NCBI GenBank assembly: GCA_013265495.1
Contig: MU057640.1
Location: forward strand, 567,303 to 631,302
Source: Vicugna vicugna
Taxonomy: Eukaryota
Length of the DNA stretch: 64,000 nucleotides
Reading direction: 5' to 3'
In this document: positions 11,011-22,277 of the stretch, piece after piece
Layout: each line of letters opens with the position of its first letter
Position numbering within the stretch: the stretch's first letter is position 1
Program-made: the position numbers and the translations under genes
Notes under the pieces: generated by a model
What the model saw: the letters and a program-made list of their open reading frames with translations, nothing else
Databases searched by the model: none
What the model was told of the DNA's origin: nothing

Positions 11011-13193
11011 CTTAGAGAAATCCCGCCTTTGAAGACTGATGGCCAATCAGTGTTTCTCTTAAATTCTTTTTTTTCTTTTGGGTGCCCCCGAGGCAGGTAA
11101 CCAGGAATCAGGTTCCATTGTTAAATCTGGGGAAGGGGTAAACTTCATTTTCATTCTTTTCCTAAGGCTCTGTCCTACCTCAGGCAAACGTCTCTGTGGC
11201 TCCCAGTACCTGCCTCCCGGCTTGCTTTCTGGATGTGTCACTAGTCTGGGCCTTCATCCCTGGGCTGAGCCGCCCCTCAGCTCTGTGGTCCCTGAGCTCT
11301 CCTAACCCTTGGGGCTGGTGCTTAAGGCTCACCCCTTTCTCCTTCTTGAGCACTGTTTTCAGTCTCTGAAAACGCTGGTCCCTTGTAGACTGATGGGGCT
11401 GACACACCCGAGTCCCGTGGAGGTGGTGGTGGGAAGAGGCGCGGGGAGGGGCAAGGCTGAGCACGAGAGGAAGGGGGCTTGCTGAATTCTGATACCACGA
11501 TTATGATGTGGACGAGGCTTCTGCTCTAAATCTCCGGGATGTCCTGCAGCTCTCTAAGGGGGAATGACACCACTTCATTCACAGCCCTGTCGACATAGTT
11601 CCTCTCAAGTTAAACGTTTATCCCCTCAACTGGCTCATTTGGTGGTGATAACAAGTCGCTTCGCTGGGGCATGAACTGACCCACATGACCTTCCACTGGA
11701 AAATGGAAACATCTCCCCGTGCTTTCTTTAATCAGCACTGAGAAAAGTCATCAGCCTTACTTGGTCTTTTCCTCGCTCTTCTGAAGCATCAGTGACACAG
11801 CCTGGGTTGCTGGCCTCAGGCTGGAGCACAAAGGACATTACTGATGGGCCATGTGACCATGTAGTCCCAGAACTGGTGAGATGGTGTCCAGACTCCTGGC
11901 AAATTGCAACCCTAACCAAATGCATCCTTTAAGGTGGAGACATCTGTGTGAACAGACACGTGTTTTCTGATTTTACAGCACAGCGTCTAGGAGTAAATAT
12001 TTACAGGGTATGTGTTTAAGGTATGAGTTTTGTGTCCCATAAAGATGGAGGAAAAGAGGATAGGTACAAGGAAGGGTAGGATGATGGGCATTTTACATTT
12101 TTAGAAGGACTGGATGGCCACCAAAGCACATAGTGAGCCAGAGCCTGTGTTCTCAGTGGCTGCTTCCAGGCTCCTGGTGAGAGAGCAAACACAGGGTTCT
12201 CAGGGCTCCGGGGGGCCAGCTGAGCCAGGGAGTTCTTAACCCCTTCCATCCCGGTTTTCCAAGTAATGCCTGAGGGAGAGGATTCCCCTGGGAGGGGCCT
12301 TTTGGCTTTCTCCCCTGTAGCTTTATTTTCTCCAGTGGGCCCCCCCACTCTTTGTGTCCCCTGTTATGGACAGGACTGATGCTGGCAGTGCTTTAGGATG
12401 GTCACTCAGTCCTCAGGGGACACTTCACATCTGCTCAGTTCCTGGTCTTTGACTTCCCTTTGCCTGGCAGATTGTTTTTTTTTCCTCCTCCGAAAAGCCT
12501 CTGTGAAGATTTGCCCATCCTTTCATTAAGTATTTATTGTCAGCTCTGTGTCAATCACCGTGCCAGGTGCTGGGGATTCAGAGATTAAAGACCCGCTCCT
12601 GCCCTCAGGGAGCTCACTGCTAATAGGGAAAGAGACACAGACACAAATAGAAAGCAATGATGAAAGGCTGAGTTCCTCTGGGTTTGGAAAACCTCGCTTT
12701 TCTGTCTCTTCTTTCCCCCTGTTATAATCCTCAAATAATGGGCCTAAAAGGGGCCTCAAGACGTCCTCTGGCATATTTCCTTGCTTCTGGCTAGGCGTGC
12801 ACTCAAACAACCCCGGGCCAGGGCCCCCTTCCCAGGGGCAGAGACCTCGCCACAGACGCCTCCTTCCTCCGACCATGCCTTTGACTATCGAACCACCTTC
12901 ATTTCCGGCTTTCTTGTAGCAGGAACTGCCATTTCAGCCTCTCTGTCTCCTGTTGTCCTTGACAATGTGAAGCCTGGCAATTTAGGCCCATCCATAAACT
13001 TGAAGACTTACTCAGTCAGCCCTCGGCCTTCTCCTCTCCAGGAGGACTGATCGCAGGGCCTGGAGTCAGTCTGCATCAGCAGCGCCCCTTCCTCGCGGTC
13101 ATACGCTCACACTGTGCGCGGTGCCAGGCAGCAGAAGGGCCCGGGAGGCTGAGCGGTCACGTGCTGCGTGGCTCCTGGTGTTCCCTCCCCCCC

Positions 13194-13444
13194 NNNNNNN
13201 NNNNNNNNNNNNNNNNNNNNNNNNNNNNNNNNNNNNNNNNNNNNNNNNNNNNNNNNNNNNNNNNNNNNNNNNNNNNNNNNNNNNNNNNNNNNNNNNNNNN
13301 NNNNNNNNNNNNNNNNNNNNNNNNNNNNNNNNNNNNNNNNNNNNNNNNNNNNNNNNNNNNNNNNNNNNNNNNNNNNNNNNNNNNNNNNNNNNNNNNNNNN
13401 NNNNNNNNNNNNNNNNNNNNNNNNNNNNNNNNNNNNNNNNNNNN
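13194..13444. other. Assembly gap (251 N)
   Basis: Run of N flanked by C-runs. Confidence 0.99.
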
Positions 13445-14225
13445 CCCACCCCCGCCGGGCTCCCCCCGTTGCCCCGCCTTCCCCATGCAGGGAGGAAGGC
13501 GTCGTTTGTCTTCCTCTGGAGCCCCAGGGTGGGGCCCGAGTTGCTATTAAGTGACCAGGAAGAACCAGCCTGCATGGAATCCCAACATTTTTATTCCTGG
13601 GATCTGTGGGGTTTATTTTTTCATCAGTTCTAGGGAAGCAATGAAAAAAGGTGTCAGGCCTTGGGGATAATTTATATGAGTAAACACGTAAGGAGTAGGG
13701 TGAGCAAGAGCATGAGAATTAAGGCCATTTATCCAGGCTTCGAGGCTCTGTGTGCCCTCTGGTCCAGCCTTCCGCACAGTCTCTGTCTCGCCACTTTAAC
13801 CCTCTCCTGGCTCTACTCCGCGTGGGCCCGGCATGGCTCTCTTCACAGCCCCAGCCTTCCACTGCCTCCCCCGCCCCTCCCTGGTCCCTCATTAAAGGCT
13901 GGGTGGAAGGGAGCAGGCGGTGGCGGTGGCCTCCAGCTGAGGCCTGCTCGCTGATTCTGAAGGGAAGGCAGTTGGCTTACCCCCTCCCTCCTTACCCTCC
14001 CCCGCCTCCGCAGCTTCTTCCTCTAGCCTGGCCTGTCCCTCGTGCCCTGTGTGGCCAGCCTGGGGCCACCTTTGCTTCCCCTCTTTTCCTCGCCCCTTAT
14101 CTTCACTCCATCCTCTGAAGATGCGTTCTGCACAGCCAAGTGGCACCGGGCTGGGATGCTTTACACTTGAGAGATGAAGTAATAACAGGTGGCAAGACCA
14201 GAGGCTGCCGGAGCCCAGGATTCCG

Positions 14226-14239
14226 GTTGCCATGGCAAC
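14226..14239. promoter_or_regulatory. Perfect palindromic RFX X-box
   Basis: GTTGCCATGGCAAC, exact 14-bp consensus. Confidence 0.65.
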
Positions 14240-15246
14240 ATGACAGACCTGTGGAGGGATGAGAACTGTCAGCCGTGGAGGGTGGTGGGGGGCACCAAGA
14301 GAGGCACAGCGCCTCCTGGAGGGCTCTTCTCCCTGCCCCCGGGTTACCCAAGTGCCGCACGCCCCTGCAAGCAGGCCCTGGGAAGACAGCTGCTGGGCTG
14401 GGGCTGGGGTTGGGCTGAGTGGTGGCCACGGAACACAGCCACGTGTCTTTGCATACCAGGCCCTGGCAGGCGGTGGAGCATCTGCTCAGGATGTGAAGTC
14501 ACGCTTTTGTGGATATGCCATGGAGGAGCCTAAACTTCTGGCTTGCTTCCTCTTTCTTTAGGACGCTAGGGACACAGCTCTGGTCTCAGCAGAAGTAGGT
14601 GAAGGGCTGTGGCTGATGGCCAGATGTCCCCACTGCTCATTCGTCTCATGAGTGGCAGGCGTATCGCAGCAGAAATTAGACTGAAAGGGGGAAAGACAGC
14701 CCTGTCTGGGTGATAATTCCATGGAAGACTTTGGGCCTTGTTTGCTCTCGACACGTGGCCTGAATGAAGTAAAAAATCCTGCAGTGTGGTCGTGTGCCCT
14801 GATGCCTTTCTAGAAGGACTGTTCACTCTTTCCTGAGTGTGCTGCTGGGACTCTTTGGAGCCTGGCTTTTCCTTTCTCTTCATTTGATTTATTTGAACGT
14901 TGCTTCCCACCTTCTGTTATTTATTATTAATTTTTGCATGAACTTGGTTCTTGGTTTCCATTTTTTTCACCCTTTGAGCTTTTAAGAGTTATCTCCCCCA
15001 GGTAAACTCCTAAACTCTCAAGGCTCACTTAATTTTCTCAGCAGCTTCCTTATATCACTTATATGATCTCAGCCCATGAACATTCATCAACAGAAAACCA
15101 AATCCATCACTGGGGACGCCACCATTGAGATACCACTTGGGGCTTTGGCCTCCCCATCATCTTGTTCTATAAAGCGAGACCCAATTTCCCATAAGCAGAA
15201 GCAGAATCTCTATTTAAATCCCACTTGCAAGGTCTGGGAGAGCTTC

Positions 15247-15256
15247 CTATTTATAG
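15247..15256. promoter_or_regulatory. MEF2 consensus site
   Basis: CTATTTATAG matches YTA(W)4TAR. Confidence 0.35.
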
Positions 15257-18200
15257 TAAAATCCTTTTTATAATGATCTCATAGACGGTGCCAAGAAATT
15301 GCTCACGGATGGGTCAGGCCAAAGGCCAATAAAGCCACGGTGTGAGCTTTACTTAAAAAAAAAAAGCCATCATAAGTCTCTGGAATTCTCTGGAGAAGTG
15401 TTTTCACAGAGTATAGGACAATAAACAGGGTCACCAGGATGGATTACTGCAGTAGGGACATTAAATTCAAGTTCAAAGGGAATTTCCACTTTTATCAGGC
15501 CAATCTCAATACATTTTTTTTTATCGCTTTGGGCTTCCTAAATAAAGTAATGGGTGAATCATGTTGACTCTAAAGAGATTTATGAAATATTTCACATGCA
15601 AGGTTGGCTCTGGACTTCCCAGGAAGCAGAGAAATGTGATTAGAAACAGAGTCATTGGGGACACAGACAACCCGGGGGTGAGTCCCGCCTCCTCTACTTC
15701 TTAACTAGGGCCTGAAGGCAGCCCCTTAATCTCTCTGGGCTTCAGTTACCTCATCTGTCAAATGCTCCCTACTTTACCACATTGTTGTGAGAATCAATGA
15801 AGTTGCGTGGCTGAAGCCTCAGCGTAAGATCTGTCACAGTTCTATAGTGTAATATACATCTGCTTCTTTTTCTTCTCAAAACGCAGGTGAGTGAGACGGA
15901 GCTGAGTGGGTGGGCACAACCTGGTGTCCCCTTCTCAAGAGACAGTGACTCATGGACTTATCCTTTTCTTGTATGTTGTGTATAAGATGATACTTCACTT
16001 ACTGTGCATAGTAGGGGTACAGTACAGGGTTATGCTCCCAGCAACCTGGGTTCCTTGGCCACCTACTCTTGTGGACACTGGGAGCTAGACATGACCCAGG
16101 CCAGATGACTGATCAATCCATTTGGACCATTTGGACGTGGACCAGCTCTGGGGACTAGGGAAATAAACCAGGCGGTGAGTGATATTCAGAGTGACAAATA
16201 ACCCTGCCTCTTTCCCCCAGGAGGAGCTCCCAATGCATCACTGGGCTGCCTACCTACTCCTCTGCCATCCTCTTCTAAGCCATTCATCTCACACATCCTT
16301 GTTAGCCATTTCCTGTATGTGGGACATGTAGGTTTTCCAACAATGAGTTGATGTGGTCCCCAACCTGAAGGAGTAAACCACTGAATATGGGGCGATAAGG
16401 TGTACACACATACACACAAGGGAAGGGTCATAGAAATGATGTCAACACCATGCTCTCCCCAAGGCCTGGATGATCTTTTCTGGCTGGGGAGTAGGGAGAG
16501 CTCTGTGGGAGATCTCTCACCCTGAAACTAATGCTAAATACCTACAAGCTAAGAGAACCAGATGTGAAAGCTATGGCTTAGCCCATCCTGTGCTGCTTTA
16601 CCAAGATGGAAGCCAGCTTTGGGCTCACTGCCATGAGATGAGACTAAGAACTGAAGCAGAAAGGATCTCACTGGAAAGTGAAGCATAACTGCTCACTACC
16701 GCTTTCTATACTGGGCCATTGCTGGACTAAAATGGTACCCACTCCCCCAGCATGTCACACCTGCACACACCAGAGCCTGCAGCTGGGACTTCAGCATCGT
16801 CTTTATTCCCTTGGCCAGCAGCTTTGTATAACCAGCAACCAATGCAAATATATGTGGGGACCCTGCTCTGATTCCATCTCCTCAGAAACTTCTCTTCATC
16901 AGATGAATTAAATTCTGTTTCTTTGGTCTTTCCATAGGATCAATTTCTCCATCATTGTTTCCTTTGCTCTACTAGATCGTTTCTGAATTTTTTGTTTCAT
17001 GCCGTATTGGAATCCCTGGTTCAATAGGATGTTCTACTGGTGGTCTGTTGGTGGCAAAAACTACAAAGAATCATCTGGGAGCTCTTAGACTCTATATTCC
17101 ATTTCTTCATCCTCGTAAATCACAAGGAATGCAGTGAGTTGGAGAAAACAAGAGTCCGTGGCTGCTTAAAGATTTTATGAAAGGGGAGAAGATCTGATAT
17201 GATGAAGGGTCCCTAACAGAACAGGAAAGAGACAGCTGATGAGACTGGGCCTCCTGAGAGGTCTAGGGGGATGACATACATGGGAGCTGCGACCACTCGT
17301 CATACAGGAAGCCACCTAAGTTGTGATTGGCATCTCCACATTTTACACCTAGTTCATACCAATCTTGGAGCTTAGCTTTGGTTTATACTCAGCCCCTAAA
17401 CATAACGTAACCCACTTCTTCCTGTTCACCTTTTGATTGGCTTCCACGATAGTCTCTTAATGAGGAAACCCTGAGTTTATTTCCTTCCTAGACATGCTTG
17501 GATTTTCTTAAGAGAGTTCTAAAAGTGGTTAAGATGGCAACTGAGAGAGAAAGGAGACGAGGGACTTCCTTCTGGATTGGGGCAATGAAAATGTTATAGG
17601 CAGAGTAAAATTTCTGCAGGCCTCCTGGTTTTTGGAGATTATTTGCAAAACCATTCTGTATGACACACAGATGTCTTTGCGATGCAGTGACTGATGAAGA
17701 AAAGCCCACACTCCCCCGGCCACAGGGTGTGGCCAGCTCCCCTGTCTGCCCCAAACAACCAACACTTTTCTTGCAGAGAATCGTCTGCCTCCCTGAAGAT
17801 GAAAATCAATGACTTAGAAACTGATTAAACCATCCAAATAGCAACTGATAAATGGATTAACCCTCTATAATGTAATTCTGTGAGCTTTTGTCTTCCGCCT
17901 TCCCCAGGTAAGTTTTTCTATTCCTGGAGGCAAAGCAGAGGCATGGAGGAAGCGAAGGCCAGGGGGAATCATATTAAAGTGGGTGAATCCGTTTATCACT
18001 TACTGTCTGGATGGTATTTCTGCTCACATATCTACTTCCTTTTACAGATTTGTACCCTACGGGACCCTGATTAATGGTAGCCAGTGAATAATGAGAGAGC
18101 GGCAGACGTTGGGTGTAGCGAGGAGGAAGATGCCCTGGTGGTTTAGGCTGATCCCATAAACAGAGAGACTTTTTTTCTTCATCACGGAGAGTGTTAATAT

Positions 18201-19104
18201 GACAAAGAAGTGTCCACAATAGGGAATGAAAAACAAGGAAAGTGGAGGTATTTTTCCAGGGCTCTTTAGCCAGCCCCTAGAAGCTAAAGGTTTAGTGCTT
18301 GAGGACGTGGGCTGTTCTCGCAAGGCTTTGTTTTTAAGATCCTGCCCAAGATACTTCTTTGCCTTCGTGTAAGGCCTTTCAGCGTGGGTGGCTTATGAAT
18401 GTCTTAAGCCTCCAGACATGCTCACTAACTTACCATTCAGCCCATCTCCAGCATGAGACTAAGCGTCCAGTTCTGATTAACTAGTCCTGGGTACTTTCTA
18501 TGACCTGGACATCAGGGAGATGAGGCTAAACAAAGTGGACACCTGCGTACCTGCCAAGATGTTCCTCAGAGTCCCCAAGAGCCTCTGCAGGGTCCTTCGT
18601 GGAAATGAGCACCCATCAGTGCCTCTTTGTTTTCCTTTTCAGAGACAGGAGGAGTATCTCCTAAGCATGAGCATCTTTCCCAAGGGCAAGGCCTAGGCAG
18701 TGACCATTCTCCCTCCCACCAGTGTTGATGGCTGCTGTCTGATGTGTCGGGCCTTGGCCTGAGGGCTGGTTGTTCAGGGATGAGAGAAGTTCACTTGACT
18801 AGGAGGCCTTCTGGATGCCCTGCTCATTGCCATCAGAGGAGCAGTGTAGTTTCTTTAAAAGCACAGAGCTGGGAAATAGTGCAAAAATCAAACTCAGCTC
18901 TGGATGGCTTGTAAGACATTAGCTGAACTGAGGAGGACCCTAAAGGAAACTTAGCCCAAGTTAACAACTTGGCTGTCAGAAAACCTCAGATTCTAAACTT
19001 CGTATTCTTTCTGGAACAGATTCTGCCGCAACCTGGGAGAAGAGGGGCCAGTGGAGACTCACCTCAGCCTAACATTGGATTTTTTTAAAAAAATGTCTCC
19101 ACAG

Positions 19105-19233
19105 CCCAGAAAGGACCGGATGGGACCGTCATTCCCAATAACTACTGTGACTTCTGCTTGGGGGGCTCGAACATGAACAAGAAGAGCGGGAGGCCGGAAG
19201 AGCTGGTGTCCTGTGCAGACTGCGGACGCTCTG
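19105..19233 (+). CDS. DPF3: DPF3 internal coding exon (129 nt; exon 8): N-terminal half of PHD finger 1
   Basis: CAG acceptor 19102-19104, GTGAGT donor at 19234; phase 1/1, joins in frame to previous exon; encodes [43 protein letters not shown]. Confidence 0.97.
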
Positions 19234-22074
19234 GTGAGTGCGGCCCCTCCTCGCAGCGTGTGCCCGTAGCCCAGGAGCTGTCCCGCTCGCATTCCTCTGC
19301 CGTCCTCGGTGGAGGGCGGGGGGGCCTGGAGGTGGGATGGAGTGACGGTGGTGGTGATTTGGAGTGGAGAGGGGTTTTCAGGTTATTTTGGTATTTTTCT
19401 TCTTTGAGTCTTAAGAACCATAAGTTATGCCCTGGGATCCAGGTAAAGAGAAAGGAGGTTTTGGCTTCTGTCTGTCCGGCTTTTCCATGAGGTGGATATG
19501 TTTTGTGTGTTGTTGTTGTGGACAACAGGGAGTCGGTGTGGAAACACCCTGGAGATGGGCAACATGCTTCCTTGTATCGGGTGATGTGCATGTAATAAAA
19601 ATGATGTGTTTGTTCTGTGGAAGAGCCCGGGGCAAACCGGAAGAGTATGGAAACATGAACACTGGGGGAGCTTCTGGAGTTGTGGGAGTCAGAGGCCTCT
19701 GGGCTCCTGGGAAGCTGCATAAATACCACCTCCATTGACCACTCATCCCATTTTCTCATACGGAACAGACAGAAGGGAGCCTGAGAGTAGATCAAGGAGG
19801 CAAAAGAGTCGGTGTTCTTAGGGCTCATCTGGAGTTGACTTGGAATGCTTAGAAATTTTCATCTTTATCCAGAGACTAAAATTGGTCTTGTTCTTTCCTT
19901 CTTAAAATGAGTTCAGGTCTTCAGGTTTTGTTCAAGCCATTGTCTTATTTTCCAATTCCATTATTTTTGGCTGGTCGTGGTTGGTTTTTCGTATTGTTTT
20001 ATGTTATAACTAGACCAAAGTGCAAGGCAGGGAGGAGAGAAGGTTTACAGTTGGAATACAGTTCGGTGGGTGGTTGGTTCCGGCAGCCAGGAGCCGGGAC
20101 TCTTGTCCCACCTTTCCACCCAGCAGCTTTTCTACTCTGAGTCCTGAGAGGAGGCCTGAGATGACCAGACCTGGCTTTACCATAGCAGCTCAGTTCTCCC
20201 CTTGCTTTGTCCACAAACCTTAGCTTTTGTCCTTTTATATTTGGTTTTGGGTTGCTTAAGCTTTCAGACTGACTTGAGCGGCAAATCAGGAATTGGAAAA
20301 GCACTGTGGTTTCCACTGCACACAACCCTGCACGTGTAACCCTTGAGCACCCTGAGGGGGTCGCCCGTCTCCTACAATCCCGTCAGTTCATTTACTTGCC
20401 AAATGTGATACCTAATGTCGAACTTTTCAGTCCTACTGGTGCCAACTTAGAAGGGAGGGCCCATGGGATGGTGGACTCTGGGATTTAGATACTCAAAAAG
20501 AAAATGAAACAAATGCAATCTAATTCAGCAGTTTTTAAAAGCAAGCGATCGGACAAAATCTCCGCCACCAGAAGCACAGTTACTTGGTGGCATGAATGTT
20601 ACAGACTGCTGTGGGTTTGGGATGCATTAGGGAGGGCAGCTTCAGCATTCAGTGAAAACTGATGAAATTTCCCCTCTTCCTTTCCTGTAAAAGGTGGGGT
20701 ACTTGAATCTGATCCCCGGGGGACCAGAAGTGGGCAGTTGGTTTTTTTTCTCTCCAAAGCCTCTCTCTCACCGTCTTTGCTCGGCTTACTCTTCCCGGGA
20801 TCTGTCTGTTGTGGGGCTCAGGGGGTCATTTTATACCAGTCTAGGTGTTCTCATTGCATTTTCCAAGGATTCATTTTGATGGATAGTTTAGTCAAGGTCT
20901 GACTCTGATGTTCCTGAAATAGTCGACACCTTGGGAATAAACAGGTGGCACTAACCCATGGGATACGCTAGTTAAGGCAAGTGGGCGAATACCTCTCAGG
21001 GCCTCCCTGGAGTCCTTCCAAGGAGGAGTGTGAAGCTCGGAAGAGCAGTCTTGTCCTTCCCAGCTACCCGGCCACTTCCTTTTCCTGGGGGAGAGTGTGA
21101 GAGTCCTGAAACTGGCACCATCAGTGGTGCCTCATGACCTCATTAGGGGGTTGTCCCAGGCCCCATTTAGAATGTGGAAAAGCTTCAACTTGACTTCCTT
21201 AGATTTGAGGACACTTTCATTGGGCTTTGCCACCCCTGTTTCCCACTTTCTCAGTGCTCTGAGTTAAATATGAGTAACTGGGCTTTCTGGAGTAACTTTC
21301 TGGAGTAACTCAGACCTGAGTGCGTTTACTGGCTGGAGGGCTGTGCACGGGCCCGCGCGTACACCGCGTGCATGTGTATGCACACGTACGTGGGTGCAGA
21401 TCACAGAACTGTCCTCCAGCGGTGAAAGAAAACCACAGGCTCTTTTATTACCTACTGCTTATCAGACTTGCCGACTTCTTTTTGCTTTTAGAGCAAATGA
21501 GCTACATGGTGTAAGGGCAGCACTGAAAGGGTCCAGAAAGAATGGGATTAGAAATGGGTAAAAATCAAAAATAAAACGGATGGAGGCTAACCACCTTGAC
21601 CGGGTTATCTGACAGTAATACCTTTGTAAAGCTGACTGTCAAAGTGAAGGACAAACATTGTGCAAAGAAACGCCTGCTGCAAACACCAAAGAAATACCAA
21701 CCGGGCTTAAAAACCACCGAGGAAATGCATTGTCTGGGGCGGGGTTGAGCGAGCGTGCATGCCAATGTGTGCCTACGGAAGAGAAGAAAGAAAGATCGAG
21801 GTTGAATCTTGCGCTGTCAGAGCTGTGGACACATGTATTATGGTAGAGATGATGCCTTTTCAGGGAGGGGAGAATCCTTCTCCCTGGAAATGTTGGCTTT
21901 GTCCTGTTACCCCAAATCCCTGTTGCCAGGTGACGCACACCCAGTTCACCCCTTTTTAGTGTGAAATGGTTTATGCGCTTGCTATTAAGAATAACCCGGT
22001 AATAATGTAATAAGAATATGAATAATGCTGTCTGTTGCTTAACCATGTGCTGATATATTCATCATACATGTCAG

Positions 22075-22277
22075 CTCATTTGGGAGGAGAAGGCAGGAAG
22101 GAGAAGGAGGCAGCAGCCGCAGCACGCACCACGGAGGACTTATTCGGTTCCACGTCAGAAAGTGACACCTCAACTTTCCACGGCTTTGATGAGGACGATT
22201 TGGAAGAGCCTCGCTCCTGCCGAGGACGCCGCAGTGGCCGCGGTTCGCCCACAGCAGATAAAAAGGGCAGTTGCTAA
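22075..22277 (+). CDS. DPF3: DPF3a-specific alternative terminal exon, coding part (truncated PHD1 isoform, disordered C-terminus)
   Basis: CAG acceptor 22072-22074; phase 1; encodes AHLGGEGRKEKEAAAAARTTEDLFGSTSESDTSTFHGFDEDDLEEPRSCRGRRSGRGSPTADKKGSC-TAA(22275-22277), matching the DPF3a C-terminus as I know it. Confidence 0.95.

Larger units (their letters stand above)
13030..14560. promoter_or_regulatory. GC/CpG-enriched intronic regulatory-like region
   Basis: Local CpG enrichment, GTCACGTG E-box 13156-13163, GC boxes, X-box, CAGCTG 14387, G4 motif; contains an assembly gap. Confidence 0.45.

Noticed and set aside
13099..13633. ORFs spanning the N run
   Set aside because: Artefacts of translating the assembly gap
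19142..19828. 228-aa antisense ORF overlapping the PHD1 exon
   Set aside because: No recognisable homology; consistent with a chance open frame
21283..21310. 13-bp tandem duplication (and a 19-bp one at 50041-50078)
   Set aside because: Ordinary slippage duplications with no sign of function
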